Assembly: GCA_964490075.1 (NCBI GenBank)
Contig: CAZBBK010000004.1
Location: forward strand, 62,001 to 126,000
Origin: an uncultured Gemmatimonadota bacterium
GTDB lineage: Bacteria > GCA-2686955
DNA: 64,000 nucleotides
Reading direction: 5' to 3'
Shown: piece after piece, positions 62,542 through 64,000 of the stretch
Layout: each line of letters opens with the position of its first letter
Numbering within the stretch: position 1 is the stretch's first letter
Notes under the pieces: model-generated
What the model was told of the DNA's origin: nothing
The model's input: the letters and a program-made list of their open reading frames with translations, nothing else
Databases searched by the model: none
Position numbers and translations under genes: made by a program

Positions 62542-64000
62542 ATGAAGTACCATCGCTCGTCGCTCGTCGCTCGTCGCGCTAGCGCTGTGGGCGGCTCCGG
62601 CCTTGGCGACCGAAATCTACGTGTGTGAGGACTGCGTCGCGTGCGGGTTTACGCCGTGCTACGAGACGGTGCAGGCGGCGGTGGATGCAGCCGGCCATGG
62701 CGATGAGCTCGTGGTCTACCGGGGTACCTATGAAGACCAGCACGTGGTGATCAAGCCGAAGGCCGCCGATCAGTTCCACCTGACAATCCGAGGCGAAGAC
62801 TCCGCGTTCCGTGCCCGACTCCGCTGGGGCGGCCCGGTCGGGCAGCCGCAGGATACCGAAGAGCAGGCGGTGGTCGAGATCCACAACGAGAAGGGTACGC
62901 CTGATGTCTGCTGCGATATGCAGATCACGCTGCAAGACCTCGACATCGTGGCCACCAACTCCTTCACCAGCGCGTTGGCCGTGATCAGCTCGGTCGAGGA
63001 CGAGGACCAGGAGTGCAACACCGGGATCTTCCTCTACGGCAACTTGTTCAAGGCGCGCCGCAGCGGGCCCTTCCACGCCGGTGGAGGGGCGGTCTGGATC
63101 GGTCGAAGACCGGTCCACGGCGGTATCTGCGATGCGACGAACTTCGGCGAATGCCTGGTGAACCAGTCGCCCAAATGGGGCATCATCCGCGACAACGACT
63201 TCGTTACCCTGGCGCCAACGGTGCTGCCACCTCCCCCCTCGCTCTCCGACGCGATGTCGGCCTATCATTTCTTCGGGCTGATCGAGGGCAATCGGTTCAC
63301 CAGCACCGGCGAAGGTCTCCACCTGGGCTACTGCACGCTCGATGGCTCCCCACTCACCTGTGTCGACACGGGGGCGATCGGTGCGCTCGATCGCACGTGC
63401 GTACGTCACAACCTCTTCTACTGCAACGAGCAGAACGGCATCCACGTGACCCACGGCACGGTCGCCAAGGTCAACAACAACATCTTCGCCGGCACCTGGT
63501 TCCAGGAGAACGGTGCGGCGACCGGCATCGAGATCGGGCCGATGGCGGCCAGCATCGTGGCGGGTTGCGCCAGCGACACTTGCGATCCGGAGTTCAACAA
63601 CGGCGGGCTGCCTCCGGTTGCGGCGCAGGTGATGTTCAACACCGTCGACCGCAACGAAGGGCACGGGATCGGGATCGATGCGAGCGCCAATCTGAGCGCG
63701 CTGGTGGGAAATATCGTCTCCAGATGCGAGGAGCTGCCGCCGAAGTCCGATGGCGACGAATCGGTCGGGATCATCGTCCACAAGGGGACGTTCGATCCTC
63801 TGAAGGTGTACCCCGACTACAACGTGCTCTGGGAGAACTGGACCGATGCCGGGGCTCGTTCCGATTACGATCCGGCGGGGGTGTGGCCGGTGGGGCTCGA
63901 GGGGGTCCATGATCGGACGCATGAGGACCCAAAAGGAACGAATCCGCATTTCGAGGGGGAGCGGTCGGGGACGAATGTGTATAGTTATCTGTTGCAGAGT
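62542..64000 (+). CDS. Secreted Cys-rich right-handed beta-helix protein, partial at window edge, frameshifted within its signal peptide
   Basis: GGAGG RBS and ATG 62542; main frame open from 62573 to the end: YETVQAAVDAA..GD..VVYRGTY, HNLFYCNEQNGIHV, NNNIF. Confidence 0.75.
62554..62577 (+). repeat. Heptanucleotide tandem repeat (CGCTCGT)x3
   Basis: Units at 62554, 62561 and 62568, plus partial CGC. Confidence 0.85.

Noticed and set aside
1-64000. tRNA, rRNA, CRISPR arrays, transposases or integrases
   Set aside because: None recognised by eye; intergenic spaces are short, and a tRNAscan/Rfam run would be needed to exclude small RNAs

Overview
GC-rich bacterial chromosomal window dominated by cell-envelope genes. 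It holds a polysaccharide operon (1-10875, minus), housekeeping genes (queC, moaC, moeA, glyQS), a cysteine synthase/JAMM/ubiquitin-like::MoeB-rhodanese sulfur-relay operon, an FG-GAP/ASPIC-UnbV (CRTAC1-like) plus thioredoxin locus, two MBOAT/AlgJ/AlgX O-acylation modules, six alkaline-phosphatase-superfamily (sulfatase-like) proteins and three GT-C-like membrane proteins. The strongest signal is an in-frame TGA (30299-30301) splitting one FG-GAP/ASPIC-UnbV protein, followed immediately by a hairpin with a GGUC loop placed like the E. coli fdhF SECIS: a candidate exported selenoprotein, translationally coupled to a CxxC thioredoxin. Other highlights are a B12-radical-SAM::sulfatase-like fusion, a hidden 50-aa membrane ORF, an in-frame palindromic insertion in an MBOAT gene, two secreted-protein genes broken exactly at simple-sequence repeats, and REP-like repeats. 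All calls come from reading motifs by eye; no database searches were run and several start codons are estimates.
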